From the NCBI GenBank assembly GCA_018436095.1, contig JAHDMJ010000005.1, positions 76,400-140,399 on the forward strand: 64,000 nucleotides of DNA. Direction: 5' to 3'. This DNA is from Clostridia bacterium. GTDB lineage: Bacteria > Bacillota > Peptococcia > DRI-13 > UBA5745. A model generated the notes under the pieces. That model was not told where the DNA came from and made no database searches. It was given only the letters and a program-made list of their open reading frames with translations. Below, piece by piece: positions 18,622 to 27,616 of this stretch (its first letter is position 1; every line of letters begins with the position of its first letter). A program made the position numbers and the translations under genes.

Positions 18622-20214
18622 TCATCTGCGTTTTCTTAAGACCTGACCGCTGCGGGCTGCCGTCTGAAGGCCGTCCCGCAGAGCAAACTGGCCGCCTACA
18701 ATGACGTGCTCAATACCTGCCGGTTTGACCAGGGAATCGGTGAATTGAGAGCGGTCCTCAATCTTGTCGGCATCAAAAACCGTGATATCCGCTATATTTC
18801 CTTCCTTGATGGTCCCTCGGTCTTCAAGACCCAAAATAGCCGCCGGCAGGCTGGTGATCTTATAAATTGCGTCTTCTAAAGGCATAATCTGCTTTTCCCG
18901 GTTCATTTGCAAAAAGCGGGGAAAGGTTCCGAAGTTTCTGGGGTGGGGATTGGTCGTGGTAATGCTGCGGTCAAAGGAGAAGGAATAGCCGTCGCTGGCA
19001 ATGGCAATATTCATGTCGCGGAATATGGTGATCACGTCTTCTTCATTAAGAGAGAAATAAATAGCCGCCGCACCTCCTTCACAGCGAACCAAAACCTCAG
19101 CTACAGCTTCTTCCGCAGGAAGACCCAGCATCTCTGCAATTTCCTCTACGGTCTTGCCTTCGATCTCTTTCATATGGCCATGGGAAGAAGCTACCAGCAC
19201 CGTTTGAGGGCCGCCCCGGTCGTCCATTTCCCTGGAAATATCCTCCAACAGCTTCTTGTCTTTGGAAGCCAGGCGCTCCACCATTTTGGCAAAACCGCCG
19301 TCGTGAGCCCATTTGGGTACTAAGGCGCTGAGGCCCGTGGAGGTGGCATTGTAGGGATACTGGTCACAGGTTACATTTATACCTTGCTCTCTGGCCTGAT
19401 TAATTTTTGTCAGAAGCTCTTCTGCCCGGTACCACTGGGGTTTGCCCATAAGCTTAAGATGGGAAATCTGCAGATGAACACCGGAAAGTCTGGCAATTTC
19501 CAACATTTCGTCTACCGCTTCAAAGACCTTGGGGCCTTCGTTGCGCATATGAACGGCCAAAAGGGCGTCATGCTTGGCTAAAACCTTTGCCAATTCCACC
19601 AATTCTTCCTGTTTGCTGAAAGCGCTGGGCGGATAAATCAGGCCCAGAGACATACCGAAGGCTCCCCGGGAAAGTTCCTGGTCCAAAAGGGCCTTCAGCT
19701 CTTCCAGTTCTTCGGGGGAGGGTTCTTTATCCCCAAAACCCATGACACAGCCTCTGAGGGTGCCATGGCCAATCAGCACACCCATGTTAAGAGCGCTACC
19801 TTTTTTAGCCACCCTATCGGCATAATCGTCGATGGAATCCATATCTAGTTCCATCCCTGCCGGTAGTTCCAGCATACGTTCGAAATAATAGTTGATTTCC
19901 TGCCGCCGCTCCTTATTGTTTGGCACAACGGAGCAGCCGCAGTTGCCGGTGATTTCTGTAGTCACACCCTGATAAAGCTTGCTTTCGGCATTAAAAGGCG
20001 GCGGCACCAGAGGGGACACATCGGAATGAGTATGAATATCAATGAATCCTGGCGCAACAACTTTACCGTCGACGTCAACCACCTCTTTTGCCTGGCCCTC
20101 AAATTTGTCAAAAATGGCGGCGATTTTGCCATCGGCAATACAAACGTCTGCCTGACGGGGCGGCTTACGGGTACCCTCGATAAGCATACCGCCTTTTAAA
20201 ACCAAATCGTACAT
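18622..20214 (-). CDS. N-acyl-D-amino-acid deacylase (D-aminoacylase, amidohydrolase superfamily), paralog 1
   Basis: MYDLVLKGGMLIEG...ADVCIADGKIAAI...VAPGFIDIHTHSD. The ATG at 20214 lies 9 nt after AAGGAGGTG. The GTG at 20226 in the track sits inside the RBS. Confidence 0.85.
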   Translation of the reverse strand: MYDLVLKGGMLIEGTRKPPRQADVCIADGKIAAIFDKFEGQAKEVVDVDGKVVAPGFIDIHTHSDVSPLVPPPFNAESKLYQGVTTEITGNCGCSVVPNNKERRQEINYYFERMLELPAGMELDMDSIDDYADRVAKKGSALNMGVLIGHGTLRGCVMGFGDKEPSPEELEELKALLDQELSRGAFGMSLGLIYPPSAFSKQEELVELAKVLAKHDALLAVHMRNEGPKVFEAVDEMLEIARLSGVHLQISHLKLMGKPQWYRAEELLTKINQAREQGINVTCDQYPYNATSTGLSALVPKWAHDGGFAKMVERLASKDKKLLEDISREMDDRGGPQTVLVASSHGHMKEIEGKTVEEIAEMLGLPAEEAVAEVLVRCEGGAAAIYFSLNEEDVITIFRDMNIAIASDGYSFSFDRSITTTNPHPRNFGTFPRFLQMNREKQIMPLEDAIYKITSLPAAILGLEDRGTIKEGNIADITVFDADKIEDRSQFTDSLVKPAGIEHVIVGGQFALRDGLQTAARSGQVLRKRR

Positions 20215-20437
20215 AATTGATAGCACCTCCTTACTTTATAATTTTTGTGAAATATGACCATAATATCTTTGACAATAAATTGAATTCTCCTGCCGGGAAA
20301 ACAGCAGTTCAAGAAAAAATTGGGAGCGGGCTCTTGCGGTATTCTCCGGCACTTTCCCGCCGGACTGGAATTAACCAGGGCAATTGAAAACCGCCGGACT
20401 CCATGTTAAAATAAGAACAAGATCGGAGGTGTTGTTT

Positions 20438-20785
20438 ATGCATCCTAAAAATCAAGATGAGCATTATGATCAGGAGTGGCGGGCAGACGAATATGATGAC
20501 GAAGAAGATGAGGATGAGGACTGGGACCTTCATTTAGCCCCCAAGCCTGCAGCGAAGCCGGGGGTCAGGCCCCCTATCGCCAAGAAAGCGGCGGGCAATG
20601 AGCTTTCCCATGCAAAAATCACACCTTCCCATCATGACCATTATTTGCATCATGAGCACCATGTTACGGAGTATGCGCTGCAGGACGGCGGCCTTGATGA
20701 AGAAGACCCCGTAGACTACGACTTTGATGAAGACTATCCCTTTGATTTAAGCCCGGATACCGGCGATCTAAAAGGCCGGGATTAG
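20438..20785 (+). CDS. Hypothetical acidic, His-rich protein
   Basis: ATG 20438 lies after a GGAGGTG RBS. It has a D/E-rich N-terminus and an HHDHYLHHEHH cluster. No family recognised. Confidence 0.4.
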   Translation: MHPKNQDEHYDQEWRADEYDDEEDEDEDWDLHLAPKPAAKPGVRPPIAKKAAGNELSHAKITPSHHDHYLHHEHHVTEYALQDGGLDEEDPVDYDFDEDYPFDLSPDTGDLKGRD

Positions 20786-20851
20786 GAGCGGACAGCTTAC
20801 TAAGCCCCATAAGAAAACATGAAAACAAGGGTGCCTCGACCATTCCTGAAA

Positions 20852-20876
20852 AGGGTGCGGAAGAGGCGCCCTTTTT
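20852..20876 (+). terminator. Candidate rho-independent terminator
   Basis: GGGTGC-gaagag-GCGCCC followed by TTTTTT. Confidence 0.45.
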
Positions 20877-20900
20877 TGCAAAAAAAGCCCTTTCCCGTTC

Positions 20901-20928
20901 TTGAAAACCTGCCGTTTAAGAATATAAT
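20901..20928 (+). promoter_or_regulatory. Near-consensus sigma-A promoter
   Basis: TTGAAA, 16 nt, TATAAT, about 80 bp upstream of the frameshifted sensor-domain fragment. Confidence 0.55.
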
Positions 20929-21008
20929 AAAATCAATAAGCCAAGGCTCGCAAGCCATATTGGTTAACTGCCCGCCTAAACGCAAACGGCGAGAGGATGA
21001 CAGGGCCT

Positions 21009-21400
21009 ATGAATGAAAATATACAAATACAGCAGGCCGGCAGCTGCCTTCTTGACGGGGCTGGCGAGAGGCAAAACCACCTGTTCTCCGTCCTGGAGCT
21101 TTTCCCCATTCCCTGAAGGTATTTGCCGCAGACGGAACCAGCTTATTTGTTAACCAGGCTTTTGCAGATTCCTTCCATATCGGTGCACAGCAGCTTGCCG
21201 GCAAATTCAACGTTCTGCAAGACCCCTATCTGAATCACAAGATGGGCTTAACCGACTACCTGCGCCGGGTTTTTAGCGGTCAGATCCTTTCTCTACCCGA
21301 TGTCAAGGTACCCTTCGAAAAAATCGGCATCTATGACTCCCACCCAATACCGGAAAAGCTTCGAAAAATAAAAGAATTTGCGTGGTTCCCGGGCGCACCG
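21009..21400 (+). pseudogene. Frameshifted, truncated paralog of the N-terminal sensor domain of the 527-aa AraC regulator
   Basis: Frame 1 gives MNENIQ...HLFSVLELFPIP then TGA at 21114. The +1 frame continues LKVFAADGTSLFVNQAFADSFHIGAQQLAGKFNVLQDPYLNHKMGLTDYLRRVFSGQILSLPDVKVPFE. This is colinear with MLELFPLPMEVF...FNVLQDPYINQKLGLADYLQRVFAGEILSVYDIRAPLE of the gene at 27617-29200. No HTH follows. Confidence 0.7.
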
Positions 21401-21401
21401 C

Positions 21402-21444
21402 ATAAACAAGCCGGCAGGTCTTTTGAAACCTGCCGGCTTGTTTT
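21402..21444. terminator. Bidirectional rho-independent terminator
   Basis: ACAAGCCGGCAGGT-cttttgaa-ACCTGCCGGCTTGT, a 14-bp perfect stem with T-rich flanks on both strands. It lies between the fragment (+) and the SLH gene (-). Confidence 0.8.
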
Positions 21445-21460
21445 CCGTTTAATTTACGTA

Positions 21461-24400
21461 TTACCTTGTCAGCAAATGATAAAGCACCTGGGCCATCTCT
21501 GCCCTCGTGGCCGCGGCGGCTGGCTGCAGCCCTTCGCCTGAACCGCCGGCAATGCCGGTTTTCACCAACAGCTCCATAGGCTCCCGGGCCCAGGCAGCAA
21601 CCTGGCCGGCGTCGTTATAGCCGGCCAGGGTCTTGCCGGAGTTGCCGGTGGGCAGTTTGTCAAGCGCCTTGAGGGAGTTATACAGTAAAGCGTACATCTC
21701 CTGACGGGTAATCGCTCTGGCTGGAGCGTACATGTTATTGCCCACGCCTGCGGTAATTCCCAGCCCCTTCGCTGCCGCCAGATGGCCGGTGTACCAGGTG
21801 TTGCCTCCATCGGAGAAATTATCTGCAGCGTTTACATCGGCGGCGATTTCGTAGGCGCGCATCAGCATGACAATGAATTCGCCCCGGGTAAGCTTGGCGT
21901 CGGGACTGTATCTGCCATTGCCCGTGCCGCCGGTGATGCCTCTTGCTGCAATGAAGCTCACCGCATCGTGGTACCATGCCTCTGCAGCCACATCGTTAAA
22001 GCTCACTTGGCGATAGGCTACCCCATAGTAACTGAAGTGAGTAGTGGCAAAGGTCACTGTTCCCGTTGCTGCGTCGTAGCGGCCGTTAGGAATGGCTACC
22101 ACATTGCCGGCGCCGTCGATGTACCATATTACAATACTCTCAGGATTGGCCAACTCTGCTGCCGTCGGAGTGTAGGGGATGCTTACCGTTACCGCCGCGC
22201 CGGGATTGGACCAGTTGGTTTGCTGGCCGTCGATGGACAGGGTGAGCTGAATCAGCGGCCTGTCACCGATGGCGGCTTTGACCTCCTCCGGCAGAGCGTT
22301 CTTATCCCCCTTGCCGATGGAGACTTGAGCCTTGCTGCCGCTGATTTCCGGTACGCCCGTCAGCATATTTGAGGGCACGGTAATGCTGCCGTTACCCGTT
22401 TCGACAATCAGGCTGCCCTGAGCATCCGATGTTGACAGGTCGGGAACCGGTATACCAATGGTATAGGTATCCACTCCCGGAATCGAGGGCATCGTGACAA
22501 CCGTATTGCCTGAAGTAAGTTTCCCGGCCCCCGTATCGATGACTGCTGTTCCGCTTTCTGCATTGACCGTGACCGGAAGCTTTGTTTCGTTCCCGGTGCC
22601 TTCTTTTATATCTGCATTATAGGCCGGTGCAGATGGCGCCGCTGAACCGCCGCCACCCCCGCCGCCGCCGTTATAACTCCAATTGGCATGCAAGTCCACA
22701 TCGGCAGTGATAACGCTGGAGCTTGTGTACTGTGTTCCCCCACCGTTTTGACCGGTGAACCAGCCGCCGAAGCTATAGCCGCTTCGCGTTGGATTTGCCG
22801 GCCAGCTGCTATCAAGTGCAGAGCCGTTCATCACGCTTCTGCTTGTGTACAGCGCGCCGCTGCTGTAAAAGCTTACGGTAAAGCTGGTCTGGGCGGAATC
22901 TGACGGCATGGCCGCCGCGCTTGCCTCCGCGCCGTTGCCGGCGCTGTTGACCGCCCGCACCTTGAAGGTGTATTCCGTACCGTTTGTCAGTCCAGTGAAA
23001 GTATAGGCGGTGGTCAGGCCCACATTGGTCCAGCTTGTGCCGCCGTCCTTTGAGACCTGATAGCCTGTGATGGCGCTGCCGCCGGTGTCCGCGGGCGCCG
23101 TCCAGCTTAAGTCCACCCGGCCGCTGCCGGGGGTTGCGGTGAAGTCCTGGGGCGCCGTGGGGACATTGCCGCCAGGTGTGCCGCCATCCGGATCCTTCAC
23201 CTTGACCACGCTGCTATATTGCCCATTGTAAATCCAATATCCCCCCGTCTCGCTGTCCTTGGGATCCTTTGTCCGCACAACATTGTCGATCTTCAGGTAA
23301 TCCTCACCGGAAATCCTTCCGTCTACGATCACCAGACTTTTCGCAGGGTTATGACCGCTGCTGAAGCAGATAACGCCGGTGCTTTCGTCTCCGGTTGCGG
23401 CGGCGTCGCCTTTTACAAGCACCGTGCCGCCTGAGCCGGATTCCGCAACGCCTGCGTCAACACCCACGGCGTAGGCGCCCATTGCGGTTACCGCGCCGTT
23501 TACCGTGGCGGTACTTTCCCCCGCGGCGCTGACGCCGGTTGCGGATTCTCCCTTGACCGCAACATTCTGTGCGGTGACCGTTCCCTTTCCATCGTTAAAG
23601 CTTCCGGCGGACAGGCCGATGACGCTCTCTCCCTCCAGGAAAATATCGCCGCCCACCGTAACCTTCGATTCATGCCCCCCAAGGGCGCCGATGGCATAGT
23701 CACAGGGCTTTCCGCTCAGCGTTCGGATACCGCCGGTAACGGTGATTTGGCTGCCCTCACCCTCGCCGTTTTTATAACTGGCATAGGCGCCGTACACATA
23801 ATAATGCTTAGGGTAGGGACTCCCCGAATTTTTAATGAGGATTTCGCTCACCCGAGCCCTGCCGCCGTTTATCGCTTCAACGCCGCGCCTTTCGCCGCAG
23901 ACGGTGAACTTGCCCTCACCCCTATAGCTTACGCTGCCGTTATCCACCTTGAGGGCGGAGGCGGTGAGCCAATCATCTGTGATTGTTCCGCTGGTATCGA
24001 TGACCAGATTCTTTCCGTTCAGATCAAAGGTGAGGGTTTTCCCGGCCACCCCAACCGGCTCATCGTACCAGATGTCGGCCGCCAGCACGATGGTTTTGTT
24101 GTCCACCGTGGGTGCAAGCGCGTACTCAAGCGCCTTTTTCAGGCTCGGATACGCCACTCCGTCGATGGTGCAGTCATAGGTCGCCAGATTATCAAGCCGT
24201 ACGGTAAGCGGCGCGGCAAAGGGTGCCGTTTCTGCTGCAAACGCATCCTGAGTCGCCGTTATGGTCAGCGCATCGAGAGTGTTGATATCGTTCGTCAGTG
24301 TGATCTGAACCTCTGTGCTGCTGATATAGGAAACGCCGGCAATGGAGTTTCCGGATGCGCCGTCTCCCCCAAGGGTCCAGTAAGCTTTGTCCTGTACCGC

Positions 24401-25822
24401 CTTGAACCCGCCCTGGGTCAGCGTCACAAAAATGCTTTTTGTGTAAAGATTTGCCCTTGCAGAGCCCTCGGCGGGGATTGCTGCAACTGCATAGGTGTAG
24501 ACGCCGCTTAACGCCGCCGCACTGTCGGTATAGATGGCGCTCCCGCTGGGGGCCAGCGTCTTTACCGTAAAGGTGTAGCTGCCCCCGCCGGCGGTTTGGA
24601 GCGCGGCGGTGAAATCCCAGCTTGTCGCGTTGGTCTCCAATATGCCCTTCTGCCCCTCGCCTGCTTTATAAAGGCGCACCTCGTAGCCCCGTGCACCCGC
24701 CACTGCGTTCCACTTTGCCTGGATGGCCCCCGCCGTGGCGGTATCCCACTCAAGGCCGGTGGGCTTGTCAAGGGGCGTTGCGGCCTCGGTGACCGTCACC
24801 TCACTTCCCATATGGTAAGCTCCGTGCTTTTCTCCCGTATAAATCCCGATATATACCGTATAGAGCCGGTATTTACCGGCGTCACAGGGGATATCGCCCG
24901 CTGCCGTTATTTCCCTGACGCCGCTGTTGGTGATAGCCAGCGAGCCGCCACCTGTGGGATACAGGCTTTCCGGCACCAAAAACAATTTACAGTTATCAAC
25001 CGTCTGATAACTTGAAACCGTTACCTTGCCCCCGCCGCCGCTGATGCCGGCTGTGCCGGGGGTTGGCTGGAGCAGATGGCTATTGTCAATTTGTATGTGC
25101 CCCCGATTGACCAACTGGTTTGCCGTGTTGATCTCATAAAGCTCAATATAGCTGCCAATCCTTAACGCAAGAGGGAATTCAAAGCCGTTGCCCGCCGGCA
25201 CACCTATTTTGCTCATATCATGGCCTGCCGCATAGGAGGATGGGGCAAGGATGTTTGAAATTTTCAGCGTATTATTTACACTGTCATATGCCACGTCCTC
25301 AATGCTTAGTTTGGCCCGGGACGCGACGGCGCCGGGCGCCATGGTGAAGGCCAAGTCGGGGAAGGCCAGCAGCGCCGCCGGTCCGCCTGTATGCGTGGAC
25401 GGCTGCATAGCCTCTTCTACCGTTACGACGATCACCGGCCCTTTTGCGCCCCCGGTGATAATATAACCTTCCGGCAGAGTAGGGGTGAAGCTGTATGTAC
25501 CGGCCAAATCCGGCGCGTATTCCGGATCAGGCTGCCAGGTCACGCCGGGAATGACGCTTTCCTCTCCATCAACCGTAACAGTTAACTCATCCGGGAGGAT
25601 TAAGTCTTCCAGCGGCGTTCCAACCGGCACGGTTTGTTCCGTCACACTATGATCAAGGGCTGCGAATTCTGCGGCAGAATAGCCCGCCAGGTCAGTCCTG
25701 GACCAGCTTGCGCCAAGCTCCGCATCCTCCAGCGATAACGGCGTGTCATCGGCTGACACCGTCATGGGAAACATACCAAAGCACATCAAAAAAATTAAAA
25801 GCAGGGATAAAATCTTTTTCAT
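21461..25822 (-). CDS. Giant cell-surface protein: signal peptide, FN3 domain(s), Listeria/Bacteroides-type repeat, three C-terminal SLH domains
   Basis: 1453 aa. Signal peptide: MKKILSLLLIFLMCFGMFPMTVSA. FN3: PTAPQDFTATPGSGRVDLSWTAP...GYQVSKDGGTSW...NGTEYTFKVRAVNSAGNG. B-repeat: SGYSFGGWFTGQNGGGTQY. SLH modules: FNDVAAEAWYHDAVSFIAARGITGG, FSDGGNTWYTGHLAAAKGLGITAG and YNDAGQVAAWAREPMELLVKTGIAGG. Confidence 0.9.
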   Translation of the reverse strand: MKKILSLLLIFLMCFGMFPMTVSADDTPLSLEDAELGASWSRTDLAGYSAAEFAALDHSVTEQTVPVGTPLEDLILPDELTVTVDGEESVIPGVTWQPDPEYAPDLAGTYSFTPTLPEGYIITGGAKGPVIVVTVEEAMQPSTHTGGPAALLAFPDLAFTMAPGAVASRAKLSIEDVAYDSVNNTLKISNILAPSSYAAGHDMSKIGVPAGNGFEFPLALRIGSYIELYEINTANQLVNRGHIQIDNSHLLQPTPGTAGISGGGGKVTVSSYQTVDNCKLFLVPESLYPTGGGSLAITNSGVREITAAGDIPCDAGKYRLYTVYIGIYTGEKHGAYHMGSEVTVTEAATPLDKPTGLEWDTATAGAIQAKWNAVAGARGYEVRLYKAGEGQKGILETNATSWDFTAALQTAGGGSYTFTVKTLAPSGSAIYTDSAAALSGVYTYAVAAIPAEGSARANLYTKSIFVTLTQGGFKAVQDKAYWTLGGDGASGNSIAGVSYISSTEVQITLTNDINTLDALTITATQDAFAAETAPFAAPLTVRLDNLATYDCTIDGVAYPSLKKALEYALAPTVDNKTIVLAADIWYDEPVGVAGKTLTFDLNGKNLVIDTSGTITDDWLTASALKVDNGSVSYRGEGKFTVCGERRGVEAINGGRARVSEILIKNSGSPYPKHYYVYGAYASYKNGEGEGSQITVTGGIRTLSGKPCDYAIGALGGHESKVTVGGDIFLEGESVIGLSAGSFNDGKGTVTAQNVAVKGESATGVSAAGESTATVNGAVTAMGAYAVGVDAGVAESGSGGTVLVKGDAAATGDESTGVICFSSGHNPAKSLVIVDGRISGEDYLKIDNVVRTKDPKDSETGGYWIYNGQYSSVVKVKDPDGGTPGGNVPTAPQDFTATPGSGRVDLSWTAPADTGGSAITGYQVSKDGGTSWTNVGLTTAYTFTGLTNGTEYTFKVRAVNSAGNGAEASAAAMPSDSAQTSFTVSFYSSGALYTSRSVMNGSALDSSWPANPTRSGYSFGGWFTGQNGGGTQYTSSSVITADVDLHANWSYNGGGGGGGGSAAPSAPAYNADIKEGTGNETKLPVTVNAESGTAVIDTGAGKLTSGNTVVTMPSIPGVDTYTIGIPVPDLSTSDAQGSLIVETGNGSITVPSNMLTGVPEISGSKAQVSIGKGDKNALPEEVKAAIGDRPLIQLTLSIDGQQTNWSNPGAAVTVSIPYTPTAAELANPESIVIWYIDGAGNVVAIPNGRYDAATGTVTFATTHFSYYGVAYRQVSFNDVAAEAWYHDAVSFIAARGITGGTGNGRYSPDAKLTRGEFIVMLMRAYEIAADVNAADNFSDGGNTWYTGHLAAAKGLGITAGVGNNMYAPARAITRQEMYALLYNSLKALDKLPTGNSGKTLAGYNDAGQVAAWAREPMELLVKTGIAGGSGEGLQPAAAATRAEMAQVLYHLLTR

Positions 25823-25851
25823 GGGAAGGCTCCTTTCCTTGTTTTGGTTGC

Positions 25852-26943
25852 TCAGTTTTTCCGGCTGTATTTCATTGCGTTTTTCTTATCCTCAAGAGGC
25901 GGCTTCTCCCCCTCCTGGCCAAGCAGCAGATATGTCCCGCTATCATCCTTGCCGGCAGCAAAATAGGCCGACGCATCGGGCAGCGTTTCCGGCGCGCCCC
26001 AAGTCTTGCCGCCGTCCTTACTTTCCTCCACAGTCCGGCCGGTCAGCGTCAGCAGATCCCCCGCCACGCTGTAATTGCCGGTGAACCAAATGGTATCGCC
26101 AAAGACGACCAGCGCCGTGTAGTTTCCATCCGGTTTGAAGGTGTAGATTTGCCCCATGCCGGAGGCGCCGCCTTCATATTTTCCCGTACCGGCGTTAAAC
26201 TGCCCGCCCGACAGCATGCCAAGGGTCCAGGAGCCAACTACCGAAGCATCCGCGCCCTTGAGCGAATCCGTCCCCTCGGTTGAAGCCTTCGTTCCCTCGG
26301 TCGACGCCTCCGTACTCTCAGCTGAAGCCTCGGTTGCCTCGCTCGAAGCTTCCGTGCTTTCAGCCGATGCTTCCGTACCCTTGGTCGGAGCTGCGGGGGC
26401 AGTCTCAGTTTGGGCCGCCGGCAAAACCTCGACCTCGCCTACCAAAACGCCTGCCCCGGGCTCAGGCACAACGGGCGGGATTTTATCGGCAGGCCAGCTG
26501 CCGGCTTCCTCAGTATAAACATCGATTTGGAGGACGGCTTTATCCGCTCCCTGCAAAGCAAAGGTTGCCGAATGGAGACCCAGCAGCGCTTCGGCCTCGT
26601 CATCGTCGGAGACCACAGCCCAGCCGCTGCTTTGCAGCTTTCCTATGTAGGCATAAAGGTCGGCCTTGTTCGTATCCGTGATCTTAATGGTCAGCACGCC
26701 CTCGCTGTCCACCGCCGAGGCCGTGACCGTCCCCGCCGTATACTCCGGCAGCTCGGCGGGAGCAAGGTCGGCCGGCCAGCCTGCCTGCAACGGAGGATTG
26801 GGAAGGTCGGGAATACTTTGCGTTTCAGATGCAGGCTCTGACCCGGTTCCCTGGGAGCCCGTTTCTTCTGCGCTTTGGCCGCAGGCGGTTATGGTAAACA
26901 GCAGCAGCAGCAGAGGGATCAATTTAAAAAACCGGTAGTTCAT
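25852..26943 (-). CDS. Lipoprotein of unknown function with a T/E/A/S-rich tandem-repeat linker
   Basis: Lipobox LLLLFTITACGQ. Repeats: TEASAESTEASSEATEASAESTEASTEGTKASTEGT. Lies 29 bp upstream of the SLH gene. Confidence 0.7.
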   Translation of the reverse strand: MNYRFFKLIPLLLLLFTITACGQSAEETGSQGTGSEPASETQSIPDLPNPPLQAGWPADLAPAELPEYTAGTVTASAVDSEGVLTIKITDTNKADLYAYIGKLQSSGWAVVSDDDEAEALLGLHSATFALQGADKAVLQIDVYTEEAGSWPADKIPPVVPEPGAGVLVGEVEVLPAAQTETAPAAPTKGTEASAESTEASSEATEASAESTEASTEGTKASTEGTDSLKGADASVVGSWTLGMLSGGQFNAGTGKYEGGASGMGQIYTFKPDGNYTALVVFGDTIWFTGNYSVAGDLLTLTGRTVEESKDGGKTWGAPETLPDASAYFAAGKDDSGTYLLLGQEGEKPPLEDKKNAMKYSRKN

Positions 26944-26966
26944 CTATTTCATCTCCTCTTATTTCA

Positions 26967-27464
26967 TCATTCCAGCAGCATGACAACGCCCCGCAAAATC
27001 CGCCCTTCATTATCAGGCAAAGGAAAAAGCAAGGCACAGTGATAACTCTCGTCAACCGAATAATCCCAGTTCCTGCAAAACAGTGTAAGCAGATAAGAAA
27101 GGCGGCTTAAAAGGGCGGCTTTGCCATAAAACACACTTTCGGCAGCCTCCATAAGGGAATAATTTTCATCGGTGATGCGGTTCAAAAAGCTGATTTTTGC
27201 CCCGGCTATACCGGTCTGGGGCAAATCTGTTCTTGCAAGGAGCAAAGGGTTGGCCTTGCAGATAACGCCACCCCTTTCAAAAATAGCCGCCGGACAAGAA
27301 AGGTAATCGATAATCGGCAAATCCCCCCTATCCTTTTGGGCCAGGGCTTGAAACTGTTTGATGAAACTCTCTTGAGCTGCCAGCTCTTTTTTTACATCCC
27401 TTTCCATGGAAAGAAGCTGGTCAAAAAGCTGCTGCGTCGATTTTTCCTGTCTCAGAATCATCAC
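26967..27464 (-). CDS. Stand-alone PAS-like sensor-domain protein, related to the sensor modules of the adjacent AraC regulator
   Basis: 165 aa. The C-terminal ALLFPLPDNEGRILRGVVMLL resembles DIICFPLADEEGTLAYVVALF and ILNFPVFQDSGKLAYVVSVF of the 527-aa protein. Confidence 0.55.
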   Translation of the reverse strand: MMILRQEKSTQQLFDQLLSMERDVKKELAAQESFIKQFQALAQKDRGDLPIIDYLSCPAAIFERGGVICKANPLLLARTDLPQTGIAGAKISFLNRITDENYSLMEAAESVFYGKAALLSRLSYLLTLFCRNWDYSVDESYHCALLFPLPDNEGRILRGVVMLLE

Positions 27465-27555
27465 CGCCTCTCCTAAATTCTGGCTATCCTTATCTTATAA
27501 AAAATAAAAAAACTGCAATAGCGGCTGGTGGCTCAAATTCATTCAATGGTGAGCA

Positions 27556-27582
27556 TAAAAAAACTGCCGCAAACTGCGGCAG
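27556..27582 (-). terminator. Rho-independent terminator of the AraC gene
   Basis: Minus strand: CTGCCGC-agttt-GCGGCAG followed by TTTTTTT. Confidence 0.75.
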
Positions 27583-27616
27583 GTAAGGCTTCTTCTTGTT
27601 TGTTTCAGCATTTCTC

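Noticed and set aside
20800-21016. Small ORFs 20800-20985 (-) and 20819-21016 (+)
   Set aside because: They lie over a terminator and promoter region, give K/R-rich low-complexity translations, and have no RBS.
21242-21541. The 99-aa ORF as an independent gene
   Set aside because: Its N-terminal part is the +1-frame continuation of the frameshifted sensor-domain fragment. Its C-terminal part reads through the bidirectional terminator into the SLH gene end.
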